Part shown: in pieces, positions 6,098 to 7,179 of the stretch
Layout: the number at the start of each line of letters is the position of its first letter
Numbering within the stretch: the first letter of the stretch is position 1
Source of the DNA: a virus
DNA: 7,179 bases
UHGV virus genome: UHGV-0269045
Reading direction: 5' to 3' (one strand)
Made by a program: the position numbers and the translations under genes
The notes under the pieces: model-generated
Databases searched by the model: none
What the model was told of the DNA's origin: nothing
What the model saw: the letters and a program-made list of their open reading frames with translations, nothing else

Positions 6098-6746
6098 CCC
6101 CCTGACGAATACGGGCGACAAAAATAAGATGTGCGTGCGGCAGCTGTGCGCGTGCTTCGCACTCAGTGGCAGCGGTAACGGTGAATATTGCAATGCTGTC
6201 TGTCAGGCACTGCATAAAGCGCCAGACAAAGTAAGGGCGTGCGGATACAGCCATGTGAAAGGCTCCCAGATGAATTTTAAGGAGTCTCGCTACTACGCTG
6301 TCAAACATGGTGGCGAGACGTAACAGGGTTGACAGACTGGTCATCTGGAAACCAGCGAGCACAAAGGCTCCCCCGTTACGCCCCGCCATAATGCGGGTAT
6401 GGGTAGGTTTACGGACACAAAAAAACCGCTTATCGGATGTGGGCGGCTGTCCGCCAGATGTATTCAGGCTGTCAAACCCGGTCGCCATGTGGGCGACGGG
6501 GGAAGCATACAGCCCCGTGATAATTTTTTGCAAGCGGTTTTTACGCATGATGTGACCCCTGACGAATACGAGCGGCAAATACAGCAACACAACCTGACGG
6601 GCAACGGCTACGCGCTTCGCGTTCCGTCCAGGCGGTTACGTGGATGATTTGAGATTCTCCGGCACTCAGTGCCAGAAAACGCCACACAAAGGCCGTTTGT
6701 GTGTACAAGGTGTGGTATATGATTTACGGCAACCATAACGGCTCCT
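6098..6746. repeat. Repeat-rich noncoding leader / regulatory region containing two diverged paralogous segments (about 6098-6266 and 6555-6745) that begin with an identical 15-mer
   Basis: CCCCTGACGAATACG at 6099-6113 and 6556-6570; further shared motifs GCACTCAGTG(G/C)CAG (6159-6172, 6662-6675), CTTCGC, CGGT(A/T)ACG, ACAAAGG and a terminal GGCTCC (6261, 6366, 6740). ORFs on both strands here have non-protein-like composition. Confidence 0.6.
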
Positions 6747-6766
6747 AGTTTACGTTGTTGGTTAGA

Positions 6767-6809
6767 AGCCCTGCGAGTGGTAATGACACTTGCGGGGCTT
6801 TGCTTTTTT
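6767..6809 (+). terminator. Rho-independent terminator on the plus strand
   Basis: AGCCCUGCGAGUG (6767-6779), loop GUAAUGA, CACUUGCGGGGCU (6787-6799): a 13-bp stem including two G-U pairs, followed by UUGCUUUUUU; no U-tract on the minus strand. Confidence 0.7.
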
Positions 6810-6825
6810 AAGTGCTCTTGTGTTA

Positions 6826-6870
6826 AGGTGACCACCTAACAATGGAAAGGCTAATTCAATAGGTGGCCAC
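6826..6870. promoter_or_regulatory. Putative operator: two palindromic GGTG(A/G)CCAC sites about 34 bp apart, overlapping the RBS/start of the Arc-like gene
   Basis: GGTGACCACC at 6827-6836 and GGTGGCCAC at 6862-6870 (GTGGCCAC is a perfect palindrome); the second overlaps the AGGTGG Shine-Dalgarno and abuts the TTG start. Confidence 0.5.
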
Positions 6871-7062
6871 TTGTCAACAATCAAACGCGATAAAAGCCCT
6901 AAAGGGGACGGGCAATCCCCACAATTCAGAATGCGAATTTCTCCAGAGCTAAAAGAGCAATTCGACAAAGAAGCACAGAGCGACGGCATAAGCCTAGCCA
7001 ACTGGCTTAAAGAGTTGGGGCGCACTGAACTAAAGCGGCGCGGCATAGAACCCAAAGGATAA
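6871..7062 (+). CDS. Arc/Mnt-family ribbon-helix-helix transcriptional repressor (63 aa), candidate master repressor of the element
   Basis: PQFRMRISPELKEQFDKEAQSDGISLANWLKELGRTELKRRG aligns by eye with P22 Arc (PQFNLRWPREVLDLVRKVAEENGRSVNSEIYQRVMESFKKEG). TTG start with AGGTGG 4 nt upstream; divergent from the minus-strand operons. Confidence 0.6.
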   Translation: MSTIKRDKSPKGDGQSPQFRMRISPELKEQFDKEAQSDGISLANWLKELGRTELKRRGIEPKG

Positions 7063-7119
7063 AAACTATCAGCGCCGTGGTGTGAGGTATTACGGCGCAT
7101 TGCTATGCAGGACAACACA

Positions 7120-7179
7120 ATGACCGATAAAGAATTGACCAAAACATTATCACCGGCACGGAAAAGACGGCGCAGAAAG
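7120..7179 (+). CDS. 5' end of an ORF running off the window (MTDKELTKTLSPARKRRRRK...); function unknown
   Basis: ATG at 7120 (an in-frame ATG also at 7105); open to the window end; only 20 codons visible. Confidence 0.3.
   Translation, partial: MTDKELTKTLSPARKRRRRK

Noticed and set aside
6084-6590. 168-aa minus-strand ORF spanning the repeat-rich leader
   Set aside because: Composition is not protein-like (R/H/C/F-rich, low complexity); it is out of frame with and overlaps the first operon gene; its length seems to result from the repeated DNA rather than coding selection.
6098-6760. Retron-like msr/msd noncoding RNA
   Set aside because: The repeats are direct rather than the flanking inverted a1/a2 type, and no reverse transcriptase gene is adjacent.
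7071-7097. Hairpin GCGCCGT-N13-ACGGCGC after the Arc-like gene as a terminator
   Set aside because: No U-tract follows and a new ORF starts immediately after, so it is not a canonical intrinsic terminator.
6762-7142. 126-aa minus-strand ORF
   Set aside because: It is the antisense frame of the Arc-like gene and the terminator; S/C/R-rich junk-like composition and no RBS.

Overview
The window appears to be one end of a phage-satellite-like integrated element (PICI / P4-like layout), about 7 kb, inserted into the 5' part of a host membrane-protein gene that I recognise from memory as tqsA (ydgG). Position 4 to about 141 is the truncated host gene, and about 146-677 is a noncoding, palindrome- and repeat-bearing arm. 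Nearly all genes lie on the minus strand in two tightly coupled operons separated by a terminator, a solitary 90-aa gene and a dense iteron array. The upstream operon (6091 down to 3433) has four small overlapping genes of unknown function and a 582-aa primase/helicase with a GEGGSGKST P-loop, with the iteron array (putative ori, 3192-3420) immediately downstream. The downstream operon (2743 down to 678) has two small genes, a Terminase_2-type small terminase subunit, a 53-aa overlapping ORF and a short (307 aa) HK97-fold major-capsid-protein homolog. No portal, protease or large terminase is present, so the element seems to carry only a TerS plus capsid-protein 'hijack' module. Upstream of the primase operon is a roughly 650-bp repeat-rich region with no convincing ORF, ending in a plus-strand intrinsic terminator, followed by an Arc/Mnt-like ribbon-helix-helix repressor gene on the plus strand with a two-palindrome operator. 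All functional calls rest on motifs I recognise by eye and on gene context; no database search was possible, and the integrase and the other element end are outside the window.
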